A model generated the notes under the pieces. The model did not search any database, was not told the DNA's origin, and saw only the letters and a program-made list of their open reading frames with translations. Position numbers and translations under genes: made by a program. DNA of 64,000 nucleotides from Eledone cirrhosa (lineage: Eukaryota): the NCBI GenBank assembly GCA_964016885.1, contig OZ024742.1:26040001-26104000 (forward strand), in the 5' to 3' direction. The stretch's first letter is position 1. Each line of letters opens with the position of its first letter. Below are positions 40,890 to 54,578 of the stretch, piece after piece.

Positions 40890-41508
40890 AGTAATAATAA
40901 TAAATTTGAAGACTAAAATCCAAAGAGGGCTCGATAAGGATAAATATATATCAAATATATAAGAACCGTAGAGCAAATATTTATTAAAATAACAGATTAA
41001 AGTTTAAACAAAGAATCGCTGCTTTCACCCTTAACGGGATCTTCTGAAACTAACAAAGCCAATCTGTAAAATGGTATAGTTGAAGTCGTAATCTACGACT
41101 TCAGCTATACCATTTACGTGGTTTTGTCTTTGCGTGCTATTGTTCTCCACGCTCCGCATATGACATATTATCTTTGTTTTTTCCGTTCATTTCCAGAGAA
41201 CGTCTCTATGAACCACCTAAGACAACATTAGTCTACGACTTCTTTAATACCATAAACGTGGTTCTGTCTTTGCGCGTAATTGTTTTTCACCGCTCCTATT
41301 AATGACGTATACTATTCGTTTTTTCCCGTTCTTTGCCAGGGAACGTTTCCACGAACCAAAGTATCGTCTTCCTGTCTTCCTCCGGTTGCAACGTTTTTTT
41401 AAATATCCACTTCTGCGTTTACAGATTGACTTTGTTAGTTTCAGAAGATCCCGTTAAGGGTGAAAGCAGCGATTCTTTGCTTAAACTTTAATCTGTTATT
41501 TTAATAAA
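40890..41508. mobile_element. Family F PLE terminal fold-back unit
   Basis: Minus-strand 3' end at 40890-41070; plus-strand 3' UTR at 41091-41508 with two ~135-bp sub-repeats; TA-flanked. Confidence 0.9.
41437..41487 (+). ncRNA. HHR-like motif with a CAGAAGA core (5 copies in the F cluster)
   Basis: AGTTT-CAGAAGA-T-CCC-gttaa-GGG-T-GAAA-GCAG..TTGC-TT-AAACT; also at ~41001-41051(-), 43711-43742(+, truncated), 43927-43977(-) and 45677-45727(+). Confidence 0.6.
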
Positions 41509-41523
41509 TATATATATATATAT

Positions 41524-43151
41524 AGTAATAATATTAATAGTAATAATAATAAATTTGAGACTAAAAGCCAAAGAGGGATCGATAAGGATAAATATATATC
41601 CAACATATAAGAACCGTAGAGCTCTTTTCTCTATCAAGGACGAATTCCCCAACGCGGGCGGTGGTTTGTACCGTGATGATGGTCTTTTGACCATGACTAA
41701 GTGCGGACCTCGTGTATGCGACAGGTTCAGAAAAGAACTCACAGCCTTATTTAAAGGCTTCAACCTCTCTATACAGGTTGAGGCCAATCTATCGGCCGTT
41801 AATTACCTCGACGTTACCCTCAATTTATCGAATGGGTTGTATTACCCGTATAGAAAGCCGAATGATACGCTTAATTACATAAGTAAGCATTCCAACCATC
41901 CTGCCAGCATAACCAAGAACGTGGTAAGAAACGTTTCGTTGAGGCTTTCGCGTCTATCTACTAACAAGCATATTTTCAACGACAATTCCACTTATTACAA
42001 TGAAGCTCGTGCTCGGAGTGGATTTGTCGATAAGGTAGCATATACAGAGTACGAAAATAGACCTAGAAGAAATAGATCCCGTCGCATTTGTTGGTATAAC
42101 CCACCATATAATATGTAGGTGGCCACACCATTAGATAAGATCTTTCTTTCCCTTATTACGAAGCATTTTCCCCCTACACATAAATATAATAACATTTTTA
42201 ATAGAAATACTATTAACATTTCTTACTCTAAGACTCCTAACGTTGCACATAACATCACCGCTTCAAATTTAGCTAAACTACCTAGCCGTAGGAATACGTG
42301 AAACCCTGTAGTTAGTACTTACTGTAGGAATCGGGTTGATTGCCCCCTATCCGGGAAATGCCTCTTTAGTAACATTGTCTACAAATGTAAGGTTGAATCA
42401 CCCACGTCCCGTAGGGCCTACATAGAGTTAACCGCCAATAGATTCAAGCAGCGTCTTTACATGCATACCCATTGTTTTCGTTACCCTCTAAGAAGGAATA
42501 TGACGTAACTTTCAGCTTATATCTGGTGTCTAAAAGACAACCACACCCAATATAAGTTACACTGGGAGATCCTAGCTAGGGCTAGATGGTATAACGGAAA
42601 TAAAAGACCATGTGACCTCTGCGCCGCTGAAGCCCTGGAAATAATCTACGCCACAGACCGCATCTTAAACAAAAAATATGAGGTAATTTCGGCTTGTAAA
42701 CATAAATTGCACAAAACCTTCCTGTATTACAGCCCCACGTTATACCCAAGGGATAGTACGATCTATACGTGGATATTTTACGTCTTGATGTGATAGCTAA
42801 GTATATGTTTTGTTTATACCATTACTTATTTGCATAGGTAAGTATATATTACCTGTATGTTTTGTGAAGGTAAGTATACTTTCTCGTACGTATATTTGAT
42901 TGTATATGTTATGGCGTATCATTTTTTATATATTCTGGTACATATGATTTGGTTATGTGTATAGGGGAGTTTTGCGTCTGTGTGAGTATGCAGGTTCGTA
43001 CGTATGTAGGGTGTGTGTATATGTGTACTTCATGTTTTGGTTCACTTACGTCTCCAACATTTGTGTATTTACATGTAGATATGTGTGTGCTCTTGTTATA
43101 TACGTATTTATTTTTTTACATACCTTTATTTAATTATTTATTTATTTGTAT

Positions 43152-43187
<36 letters not shown>

Positions 43188-43742
43188 TTATATGTGCGTG
43201 ATTTTGTATACATATGGCAAGTGTTTTCGCGTATGCTTGTTTATGTACGTATTTGCATGTGTGTATGTATTTATTTAATTTCTATTTCCTCTGTATTGTA
43301 TTTTATTTACTTTATTCTTAACTCTGTAGCGGAGATTCATTCGGTCTCCTAGTTAGAATTTTAGTCTACGACTTCAGCTATACCATTTACGTTGTTTTCT
43401 ATTTGCGTGCAATTGTTCTCCACGGTTCACATATGACGTATTATCTTCGTTTTTTTACGTTCATTGCCAGAGAACGTCTCTATGAACCATCTAAGAGAAC
43501 ATTAGTCTACGACTTCTTTTATACCATAAACGTGGTTCTGTCTTTGCGCGTAATTGTTTTTCACCGCTCCTATTAATGACGTATTATATTCGTGTTTTCC
43601 CGTTCTTTGCCAGGGAACGTTTCCATGAACCAAAGTATCGTCTTCCTGTCTTCCTCCGGTTGCAACGTTTTTTGAAATATCCACTTCTGCGTTTACTGAT
43701 TGACTTTGTTAGTTTCAGAAGATCCCGTTAAGGGTGAAAGCA
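41524..43742 (+). mobile_element. 5'-truncated PLE (family F) with an inverted tail at 41524-41622
   Basis: The inverted tail is fused to an RT/EN body and ~950 bp of 3' UTR. Confidence 0.92.
41623..42793 (+). pseudogene. PLE RT C-terminus plus GIY-YIG endonuclease (GLYRDDGL type)
   Basis: One frame with three internal stops: GLYRDDGL, NYLDVTLNL, YRKPN, SNHP, WYNPPY, CRNRVDCPLSGKCL, IVYKC...YIELT..FKQR..H, LSAYIW, CDLC..E, LNKK.E...CKH. Confidence 0.93.
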
Positions 43743-43773
43743 TGCGCCATATCACCCGTAAAATAAGTAAATT

Positions 43774-43816
<43 letters not shown>

Positions 43817-43820
<4 letters not shown>

Positions 43821-43980
43821 ATAATAATAAAATTGAAGACTAAAATCCAAAGAGGGCTCGATAAGGAAAATATATATCAAATATATAAGAACCGTAGAGC
43901 AAATATTTATTAAAATAACAGATTAAAGTTTAAGCAAAGAATCGCTGCTTTCACCCTTAACGGGATCTTCTGAAACTAAC
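43817..43980 (-). mobile_element. Family F 3' terminal fragment
   Basis: Near-identical to 40890-41054. Confidence 0.9.
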
Positions 43981-44127
43981 TGGTCTGTTACTTTTTTTTA
44001 TTTAATATTTTAAATTAATTCTGACAAACCATATTGCTGTAGTTAGTATTTTTCTTCCTAGCAAACTTGGTCCTTACGACTCGAACACATGTATGTTTAT
44101 ATTAGTGTTCATCTCTCTTGTTTTATC

Positions 44128-44171
<44 letters not shown>

Positions 44172-44569
44172 CGTGTGTGTAAGTGTGTGGGTGGGTGGGG
44201 GCGTGTACATATTGCTTTTCGAGGTAGGTGGAAGCATTACAGAATTAAATATATTTGAAATTAATAATAGAAGGGTTGTAAATTGGATTTTCATTTTAAA
44301 ATCTGAATTTGATTTATTTCAAATCATAATATTCGACTATATCCGTCCCCCGCAAAGAAAATTCAATTAATCTCTTCAAAATTACCGACAGCGGTGCACA
44401 TAGAGTGTACAAAACCCATAGTCACCTGATTAGCTCCATTCCTCATATATCTATAGGTATCCCGAGTAAAATAGAGGGTCCTCACAGTTAAAGACTGTAC
44501 TCAATACGTTAGTACAGTGTAAGCACCATTATTCAATATAGAATTGGCTTCTACAGGAATAGGGGTGTT

Positions 44570-44925
44570 TCATTCGTATGATTTCACAAGAATGAAACAA
44601 TTATAGCCCTGTACAAGTCATTTGAATGCGGGACCTGATGGTGAGGCTGCGTTTAAGAGAAATCACAGATGGTGTGCAGGAGAAAAGACTATATTGGTAC
44701 GGAGATGTGGTGCGCAAGGATGATGATCGATATGTAAAGAAGTGCTAGGAAATTCTAACATAGGTAGAACAGGAAAGACTTGAGCAGATGTGGTGAGAGC
44801 TGACCTCATGTCACTGGGCTCACAGGAGGGCAGACGAAGGAACGTGGTAAGTGGAGAGATGCTGTACTGAGAAGCACCCTCTACAAATGCAAGCGTGGAA
44901 AAACTTACGCAAAGACGATGATGAT
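44570..44925 (+). pseudogene. RTE LINE 3' end
   Basis: LREITDGVQEKRLYWYGDVVRKDDDRYVKKC...GRTGKT*ADVVRADL..LG...KWRDAVL, then a GAT-repeat tail. Confidence 0.8.
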
Positions 44926-44989
44926 CTATGTACACAGACACAAACACACACACACGCACGCATGCAAACACACAAACACACATACACAG

Positions 44990-45738
44990 GGTGAGTGTAT
45001 ATGTGTACTTCATGTTTTGGTTGACATACGTCTCCGTACATTCGTGTATTTACATGTAGGTATGTGTGTGCGCTTGTTATATACGTATTTATTTATTTAT
45101 ATACGTTTATATAATTATTTATTTATTTGTATACACGCATACACACACACACATATTTATATGTGCGTGGTTTTGTATACCTATGGTAAGTGTTTGGCGT
45201 ATGCTTGTGTATGTACGTATTTGTTTGCGTGTATGTATTTATTTATTTCTATTACTTCTGTATTGTATTTATTTACTTTGTCCTTAACTCTGTAGCGGAG
45301 ATTCATTCGGTCTCCTAGTTAGAATTTTAGTCTACGACTTCTGCTATACCATTTACGTGGTTTTGTCTTTGCATGCTATTGTTCTCTACACTCCACATAT
45401 GACGTATTATCTTCGTTTTTTTTCGTTTATTGCCAGAGAACGTCTCTATGCACCACCTAAGATAACATTAGTCTACGACCTCTTTTATACCATAAACATG
45501 GTTCTGTCTTTGCGCGTAATTGTTTTTCACCGCTCCTATTAATGACGTATTATATTCGTTTTTTCCCGTTCTTTACCAGCGAACGTTTCCACGAACCAAA
45601 GTATCGTCTTCCTGTCTTCCTCCGGTTGCAACGTTTTTTGAAATATTCACTTCTGCGTTTACAGATTGACTTTGTTAGTTTCAGAAGATCCTGTTAAGGG
45701 TGAAAGCAGCGATTCTTTGCATAAACTTTAATCTGTTA

Positions 45739-45745
<7 letters not shown>
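44990..45745 (+). mobile_element. Family F 3' UTR copy
   Basis: Collinear with 43008-43742, continuing to ttttaata(TA)n. Confidence 0.9.
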
Positions 45746-45816
<71 letters not shown>

Positions 45817-45820
<4 letters not shown>

Positions 45821-46005
45821 AAAAAGTATAACCCCGATGGCAGAGCTCAAGCCGTTTCGACGGCTATTTCTGGACTAAATTAGAATGTTTAGCTTGGTGG
45901 TAAGCACCAGGTCATACTTTTTCCTATTTCCCACTCTACTACCCTAAGTATTGAGTACTCTGGTGCGTTATGGTCCATCTGGTCCCTTACCACAATTCCT
46001 TTGTT
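45817..46005 (+). mobile_element. Family A mini-element, copy 7
   Basis: Short arm taggaaaaagtataacccc...gacggctatttctggact, ~30-nt filler, long tail to cctttgtt(TA)n. Confidence 0.88.
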
Positions 46006-46029
46006 ATATATATACATTTATATATATAT

Positions 46030-46144
<115 letters not shown>

Positions 46145-46678
46145 TATATACAGCATGAAAACGAAAGGGAGATATAGAAAGCCACCGACAGACCACAAAC
46201 TTATTATAGAAGGAAATTAGTAATTTTAAACTTGATAAGATGGAGTTTGAAGAAGAAGTGAAGAAACATCTATGTGTTTATACTTCAGTCCTTTGTGATA
46301 TTATAAACAACAAAACAAAAAACAAAATACCATGAATAATAATTTGATCTTGTGGAATGTGAAATGTCAAAGTAAAGAACAAAAAGCAGGCATCATTTGT
46401 GACTTGATAGATGGACTAAATTAGAGAAAGATTGTATTTCATTTCAGACTGAGTTCTTTTGAAATTTCACATTTGGATAATTGTGCTTTTCCTCTGTTTT
46501 ACACTTTACATACATACATATATATATATGCATACCGACACACACAAATGCATACATACACACATACACACAAGCACAGACACACACACATATTTATACA
46601 TGCATATACATATATATATATATATATATATACGTATGTATATAATTTATAATTGTATATCTTAAATATGTATATATG

Positions 46679-46714
<36 letters not shown>

Positions 46715-46850
46715 CGCAACACGCATACACATATACACACGCACGTGTATATCTATATCTATCTAAGTCTCTCTCTATGTGTATATATATATATACATAC
46801 ATACATACATACATACATACATACATACATACATACACATATACATATAT

Positions 46851-46961
<111 letters not shown>

Positions 46962-46988
46962 TATATATATATACAGATATATATATAT

Positions 46989-47102
<114 letters not shown>

Positions 47103-47917
47103 TGACTTAGAAGACATGAACTTTTGCCGAAGCTTTCAGCGCCTGTATAAGCATAAGAAGCAGCAACAGTCAGTATGGTGAGACTATGAGTATAAGCAAG
47201 CCAATCTAACTGTTCGACCAGACCGCCTTGTTCCCCCGCCACCTCAGGTTTCACAAATATTAGGCAGTGTAGGCTCTTTAATATCAACAGTGGGGACTTT
47301 CAAATACAAATAGTAAGGGCCTGCTGTTTTATGAATGTTCAGATTCTGTTTATTATCATCCTGCAGCCAAACCATTTGAGTTATGCCAGAGCCAAAGAGG
47401 CGTCTAACTTCTCATAACTATTACCGTGAAAGGGGACGTAGTATGGTTTAATGGTTAAGGATTTCCCTTCGTAATTAATAGCTCACCTGCTCTATTCTCC
47501 TCCGTGTTTTCTTGAGCAAGTTTTTTTTTTTCATACTATATCATCAGTTTGACACAGGCTTTTTGATTACAATTAGGTAGAAAGAAACTGTTTAGAAATT
47601 CGTTAAATGGAATGTAACTGTAATTGAAAGGGTCAACCGTGTCACACAAACTGAATCACGTTGAATCACATTGAGAAATACTTTATTGATACACATATCT
47701 GTAGAATGCTCAGACACGTATAGCTTAATTACTTGATTAGGATCTCCTCTTAGAGGAACAGGTACATCACTCATTGTCGAGACCAATGGGTCTCTATTAC
47801 AGAAAACGACAGCTTTATGGTCGTTAGCTTCGGTCATAGCTCTTACATACTTCTATCATATCCATCATGGAGAATTCTCTCTTCTGTTTATTTATCTAGT
47901 GTTTAGATGATCTTAAA

Positions 47918-48195
47918 CGTACGTGGTTGAGTGGCTATTGCGCTCGCTACACTCTCGTAAGTTTGTGAGCTCGATTCCCAGAGTTGCATCATGTCATTTG
48001 CAATACACTCTATTTCTTCTTGCCCCAGTCTCTTCCTCCTATAAACATGAATTGACCCTATAATACGAAGGGCCAGATTGTGACACGATGATTATCCCAG
48101 AGAACTACGTTTAGTGTAGATGTGTCTGTGTGAGGTTCAGCCATGTGATCCTTAATTTCACGAAGTAGAATAGTCGTTGTCGAAACAGACGGAAG
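47918..48195 (+). mobile_element. Degenerate tRNA-headed SINE
   Basis: A-box-like gtggttgagtgg and B-box-like gagctcgattcc, followed by a CORE-like stretch. Confidence 0.45.
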
Positions 48196-48463
48196 TCGAA
48201 CCTATATCATTTCTTTTATTTTTCTTTATTCCTCGTAAGTCTACTGTTGAGCAATTAATATATTGTGAGCCAAGATATAAACCCAGGATTTGAAGCATAA
48301 ACCGTAATTGGTGTTATACTTCTTCTCATAGATCATACAAGTGGCGAAATGTTTCTCAGGAGACGTATCGGCAAGGGGACAGTATACTGCATTGTAATAG
48401 TTGCCTTGAAAGGATTAATTATTGTAAGTCGTATACAAACTCACACACGCAACAGAAACAGAA

Positions 48464-48537
<74 letters not shown>

Positions 48538-48821
48538 TTATTTATATTTATATATATATACTTATGTGTATTATGTGTATACATATATGCGCACACATAC
48601 TACACACACTCACTCAAATATACCTATATATGTGTGGGTGTGTATACATAGAGAAATAAAAAACACATATAAATATATGTAGCCCCCGACATCTGGGTGA
48701 TATGAGGTTCGATCCCTTATAGCGGACGAGCGCAACTTCTTTTCGTCTTTAATGGTTCTTCACCCTATTTTATAAGCTATTTTACAGCATTATCTCTGCG
48801 CATGTGCACATTATTCTTTAA

Positions 48822-48859
<38 letters not shown>

Positions 48860-51454
48860 GATGAGAGAGAAGTAGGTGCGTGTGTGTGTCGGAATGCTGT
48901 ATGCTTGTGTACTATGTTTTTATATGAATGGATGTGTGAACTGTGACTTCTTTTTTCTTCTATATTTCGTCATAAATCATTTCGCCGTATTTCACCTCTT
49001 TACTAATGATCAATTTTAATAACATTTATAATTTATTTTTCTCCAATGTAATTAACAATACCCTCTCCGCGTCTCATCTCTCCAATATAAACAAGGAAAT
49101 GGCCATTTAAATCAGAAAATGTTGCTCGCCTATGACTAATGTACTACAACATTCTGGCATTCATTTTACTTTTTAAAATATACAGCCGCCACGAGAATAG
49201 ACTAAACTATATCAACCCCTTGATTGTGGAAAATTACTATGATTGTTCTTAATCACTTCGAAGCCAACGAAACTCTCATTTCCTCTGTTGGAATCAATGT
49301 GGTGTAATTTAAGTTAATCATGGGCAATATTCATTATTTTGTCCGAGCGGTGAATAAGAAAACACAGATGGTCTTACTGTTGTATGTGTATTATAAAATA
49401 GATTCGTTTCTTTCACCGTTTAGGAGCGGAGCTTTCAGGAAGGTAACTATTACATCATCTTTATTTTTACTAATTAATGTCTGATTAAAGAGAGAAATTA
49501 TTATTATTAAATAAAGACATTATCAATTAATGTCTAAATATGATATATATGATACTACTATAGAAATAAATGCGAGATGAAGCTAATTTAGTCATGTGTG
49601 TTATAACAGTAAATACTGTGTGGCCGTGAATGTACGTGTGTTTATGTATACATATTTGTGTGTAGGTGGTGGTTGTGGAGTTGAAAACTATGCGCGCATA
49701 TATAGACACAAGCAGATCTCATTGGCAACGTAGTCCGTGTCACAATCCCGAGGATACACGTTCGATATCATTGAATGGTATCTTAAGCACCTGATTTCGC
49801 CATAGTTTGGATATGACTCTAGCCAGTGAGTGAAATTGGGTAGATGTAAACTGAATGGATTATATTTGTTTATTTCAAAATTTCAACCATATCACACACC
49901 AATTCAATCCAATCCAGCGTCTTCTCAATCCTGCTGGAGGAACCCCATCCTGGTCGAATTTCACCGCTTTTGTTCGGTTTTGTTCATGTCTGGGGTGTAA
50001 CTTTACACAACAGGTTTGGCCAGTTGGGGGTTGGTGAAGCTGTTTAACCCGCAGTTGGTGTTAGGAGTTATCTGCCCTTTGACCAGAATTGTCTTTTGAG
50101 CTGGTACACTGTTACACTGTATGGTGCTAATTCATCTAGAGAATTAAGAGTACACATCTACGTACCACACAGGTACTTACTCATTTTAATTTAACAAGTA
50201 TGTTGTTCACCTTTTCGATAAACTGAAAGTGCGTCGTCCAAATGTAGATTATTTATGGTTTGGGTTCATGTGTGTAGGTATGTGTATTATATAAATAATT
50301 GTTTCTACTTTTGGCACAAGGCCAGCAATTACCCAGAGCATTACTTGTACTTTATTTTATAAATACTGGTACTTTATTTATAAAAACTGTATGAATAATA
50401 TTACTGTAATATATAAATAATGTTACTACTATATCTCTAAGGTATGTGTTCTCTATGTAAGAAATAGTAAACTACCAGAAACCTCTCAGTGTTCAGGTTT
50501 TCGGAGGATACGTTCTAAGTTCAAAGGATTTAAGGGAAAAAACAGATTTTAATTATTCTGATCAAGAGGATTCGTAGCACTAATATAGTTGGCTTCGTCG
50601 CTAATAGTTGTTTCTGATTAAGACAAAAGGCCAACATCTGTAGGGCAGGTGAAATTCGATTAAATTGACCCCAATGTGTTACCGCATAACGATGAAATAC
50701 AGAGAAAATCTCGGTGGGATTTGAACTCAGAATAGAACGTAAAGGAACGTATCTCTCTGCCGTATCTCTCTGCCACAAAGTATTTTGTTCAGTGCTATAC
50801 CAATACACCGGATACACACGATACATCCAGAAGCACATGTACCAAAATTGATGGTACTTGTTTTGATGCTCACTTCCGAGATCCCTGCATAAAATCTGTT
50901 TTCAGTCGTCCTCTCGCAACTCAATGACACAATATATTTGTATACATTTTCATGCCAGCCAGATATCAACACTCATAAATCCAAACTGAACATCTGTTTC
51001 ATAAAACTTATCAGTTTTCTTAGGGCAACAAAAAGAAAACTAGTATTTTATAACATTGATTTGGAAATCTCATTTCATTACCAAATACTTGTCTGTGCGC
51101 TTCCTTTACACATCTCTTACTTTGACCTACTCAACATATTCAACATAACAAGAAATTAAACACGACCCTTGGAAAGTCCCCTCTCCTGATAAACTCTTCA
51201 TGAAATAAACTCTATGATTTCCCAAAGGATTTTTGGTGAACACATTTAGGAAAACTCTCATTTATTAACACACCTGCTGATCACTTTAACCTTAAACAAG
51301 TGTTAAGATAGAAGAAGTAATGTTTGCTACATAGAGATAGTTCCCTAATCGCAATTCGTATATCTGTGATTATTTTTCTAACTACATTCCTTAACCTCCA
51401 CTTGGGAACTGTTAAAGTTGATTGAAACATTCTTAATATATTATTGGTTGGAGT

Positions 51455-51860
51455 TCGGCGGATTGGTAGTATCGGTAGAGCGCTGGACAACATGCTTTGC
51501 AGCATATAGTTAGAGCCCTTTACATTCTGCGTTTAAATCTTTCCGAGGTTAACTTTGCCTTTCATCCTTACGGGGTTGATAAAATAAAGCACAAATAACT
51601 CAATGGGTTAACTTAATCGATTTTCCCCTCCCCCAAAATTGTTGGCTTTTTGCCAACGTCAGAAACCAATATATTGCTGGTAGCTATATCGCAGGTTTGA
51701 TTCACTTTTTACGTTTTGAGTTCAAATCTGGCCAAGGTCAACTTTGCCTTAAACTATTCTAAGGGCCATCGAATAAAGTATCAGTACAGTACTGGAAACC
51801 ATATAAATAACTTCAACTCCCAAAAGAATGTTGTGCCTTGTGCCTTAACTAGAATTCAAA
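51455..51860 (+). mobile_element. Two tandem tRNA-derived SINE copies (51455-51670; ~51700-51860)
   Basis: ggcggattggtagtatcggtagagc...gaggttaactttgcctttcatccttacggggttgataaaata; the second copy has gagttcaaatc...ggtcaactttgcctt. Confidence 0.8.
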
Positions 51861-52876
51861 ATATTGCTGCTTTTTTATACATATTATCACTGTAGAGAAA
51901 ACGCAAAGACACAAGTTAATTTTATGAGCAGGATGTTCTGTGATCGAATATCTAGAACACTCAAGTGGAAATTGACGGAGATCCATTTCATACCACTAGC
52001 GGAAACGTAACGTCAAAATAAAGAATCGAACCTACATTTCGGAAAGTAATTGTATAAATGGAAGCTTAGCAATAAGAAGAAATATTTGCACATATTGTGA
52101 ATTTTTCTCCGGGCGAAAGAATTTCAGGTATAATTCAAAGATAAAAATTGCAAACTTGAAGTACTTACCATGTGAAATTAAGCACAATTAAAACACACGG
52201 TGTTTAATAAATTAAATTTCTGAAATTCAGAAAAAAATATATATAAGGATTATAAAAAAGAAAACGATTAAATTAAAGGTATCAAATCAAATAAGAATGC
52301 CACAAACGCACATAACAAAATCGTACATTATGTAAGAAAAAAGAGCGAAAATAGGCGAGATTATTTGTGTTTGTTTAATTATAAAAAAAATCTTATTTGT
52401 TAATACATTAAATTTAAGTAGGTAATTAAGATAGGGAAAGAAAACGAAGCAGAATAAAAAATAATGAATTAATTAATTATCCCCTCACCATAAAACGTGA
52501 ATTCCTCTCATTTTGGAAACAAATAATGCGAGATAAATGTAATTTCAGTTTAATATATTTTGTTTCATCTGTTTATCAAATGTATAGAAATAAATATATA
52601 TAAAGAGAGTTAGTGTAATCGATAGAATATCTGAGCTAACGAAATGGAATGTATGTTAAATATCGGGATTTTTTTCCATCCAGTGAGAGAGAATTGATCA
52701 GGATATATAAATTCATCCCCTTATTTTACTGTTGCTTACATCCTTCACAAAGACCAAGAAGGATATGCAAACGTTTAGGGAACGAAGGAATTTGGAAGCA
52801 AAACATTAAAATAAACTAACCTCAATGCAGGTATATTCCACTTATTAAAAACCATGCATTTTGTGTGTTAAACATA

Positions 52877-52917
<41 letters not shown>

Positions 52918-52921
<4 letters not shown>

Positions 52922-53665
52922 GAAACACACAGATACATGCCGACGCACACATATATACATGAACGCATCCGCACCCAACTGTGAGTTAAGGGTGCCAACT
53001 TCACCGATGTTGCTCAATGAATGACTGGGACAGACCAATTCAGTTTGAACTAGACTGAACCAGTATCAGAGTTAAAAATACATTATGAAGAGAGAAGAAA
53101 CATTTAGATATAATTAGTAATAAAATGTATCATACCTAAACTGTTCCTAAATTCCTCGACTACGTAGTTTCGTGGCATAAACAAAAACAATATATCAAAG
53201 ATATAGAGTCCTTGCGAGGTCTGCCGACTTATCAAGAGGATACCTCATTTTACTAGTCTCAAGAACGCGTCTACACGACGTGAGAAAGAATCCCAAAAGG
53301 CGGAGGGGGAGATAGTCACGCGATATAACGGTCGAGAAACCGAGCTAAGCCTCTTATAACCACGAAGAAAATACCACGGAGGCGGAGGGGGTATTCATAT
53401 CGAGGCCGTAGAAGAGGTAGTGAAGAAGGCGAGAAGTATGAGTAATGGAAGCTTTCCAGTTGTCCCCACGTCGTGTAGACGCGTTCTTGAGACTAGTAAA
53501 ATGAGGTATCCTCTTGATAAGTCGGCAGACCTCGCAAGGACTCTATATCTTTGATATATTGTTTTTGTTTATGCCACGAAACTACGTAGTCGAGGAATTT
53601 AGGAACAGTTTAGGTATGATACATTTTATTACTAATTATATCTAAATGTTTCTTCTCTCTTCATA

Positions 53666-53670
<5 letters not shown>
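52918..53670 (-). mobile_element. Family G fold-back element (very young)
   Basis: 204-bp arms 53079-53282 and 53467-53670 with no difference I could see; 184-bp spacer; unpaired tail 52918-53078; TA-flanked. Confidence 0.95.
53509..53596 (+). ncRNA. Type I HHR motif with a U3-A8 covariant core (mirror at 53153-53240 -)
   Basis: TCCTC-TTGATAA-GT(C)GGCA[44 nt]TGCCAC-GAAAC-TACGTA-GTC-GAGGA. Confidence 0.78.
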
Positions 53671-53715
<45 letters not shown>

Positions 53716-53859
53716 ATTCCAATGTTACTAAGTAGTTGCATTGGATGGAGTCAAGCGACGTCAGAGATTGCTCAACGTATAATAAAGTGTGTTTTAAAAT
53801 CCGGAGAAAATATGGAGAAGAAGTTTACGAAATGGAAATGCGGGTATACAGAATTTATT

Positions 53860-53976
53860 AGGTAACAATTGTTTCTATAGTGTATGGGTTACCTATACCT
53901 CGCTATTTGAATAATATAAAAATATCATCATAAACCGAAGGTACACTGTAAGCAAACACACCATGTCGTCAGACCT
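53860..53976 (-). ncRNA. Type I HHR motif in a TA-anchored element (~53711-54260)
   Basis: AGGT-CTGACGA-C-ATGGTGTGT[~70 nt]ATACACTAT-A-GAAAC-AATT-GTT-ACCT. Confidence 0.65.
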
Positions 53977-54266
53977 TTGTATTGGAATGATATGAAAATA
54001 TTTTATACACTAGATAAAAGATAAAGAAGGAGGTAGGAAGAGAAGGGGAAGAGGGAAGTGAGTAAGGTGGAGGGAGTCTTAGGATTTAAGACTGTCAGAC
54101 TAGTAGAGATTGTGAGGAGAGAATGTTTTGGCAGCAGTTAGCTTAATGAGGCGTGTTAGGGTTGGCGGGGAAGTAAATTCTTCTAGTGGTGTTGTTCGGA
54201 CAAAATTTAGTTAAAGGTGTCAAAGTGGTACAGTGTCACAGACAAGTTATTAGGGCTATTATAGTA

Positions 54267-54578
<312 letters not shown>

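Noticed and set aside
41555-41622. N-terminus of the 187-aa ORF
   Set aside because: It is the inverted non-coding tail fused in frame by chance; real PLE coding sequence starts at ~41623.
47118-47146. Minus-strand GAAAGCTT HHR 3' half next to (TA)n
   Set aside because: No 5' core and no second copy in the window.
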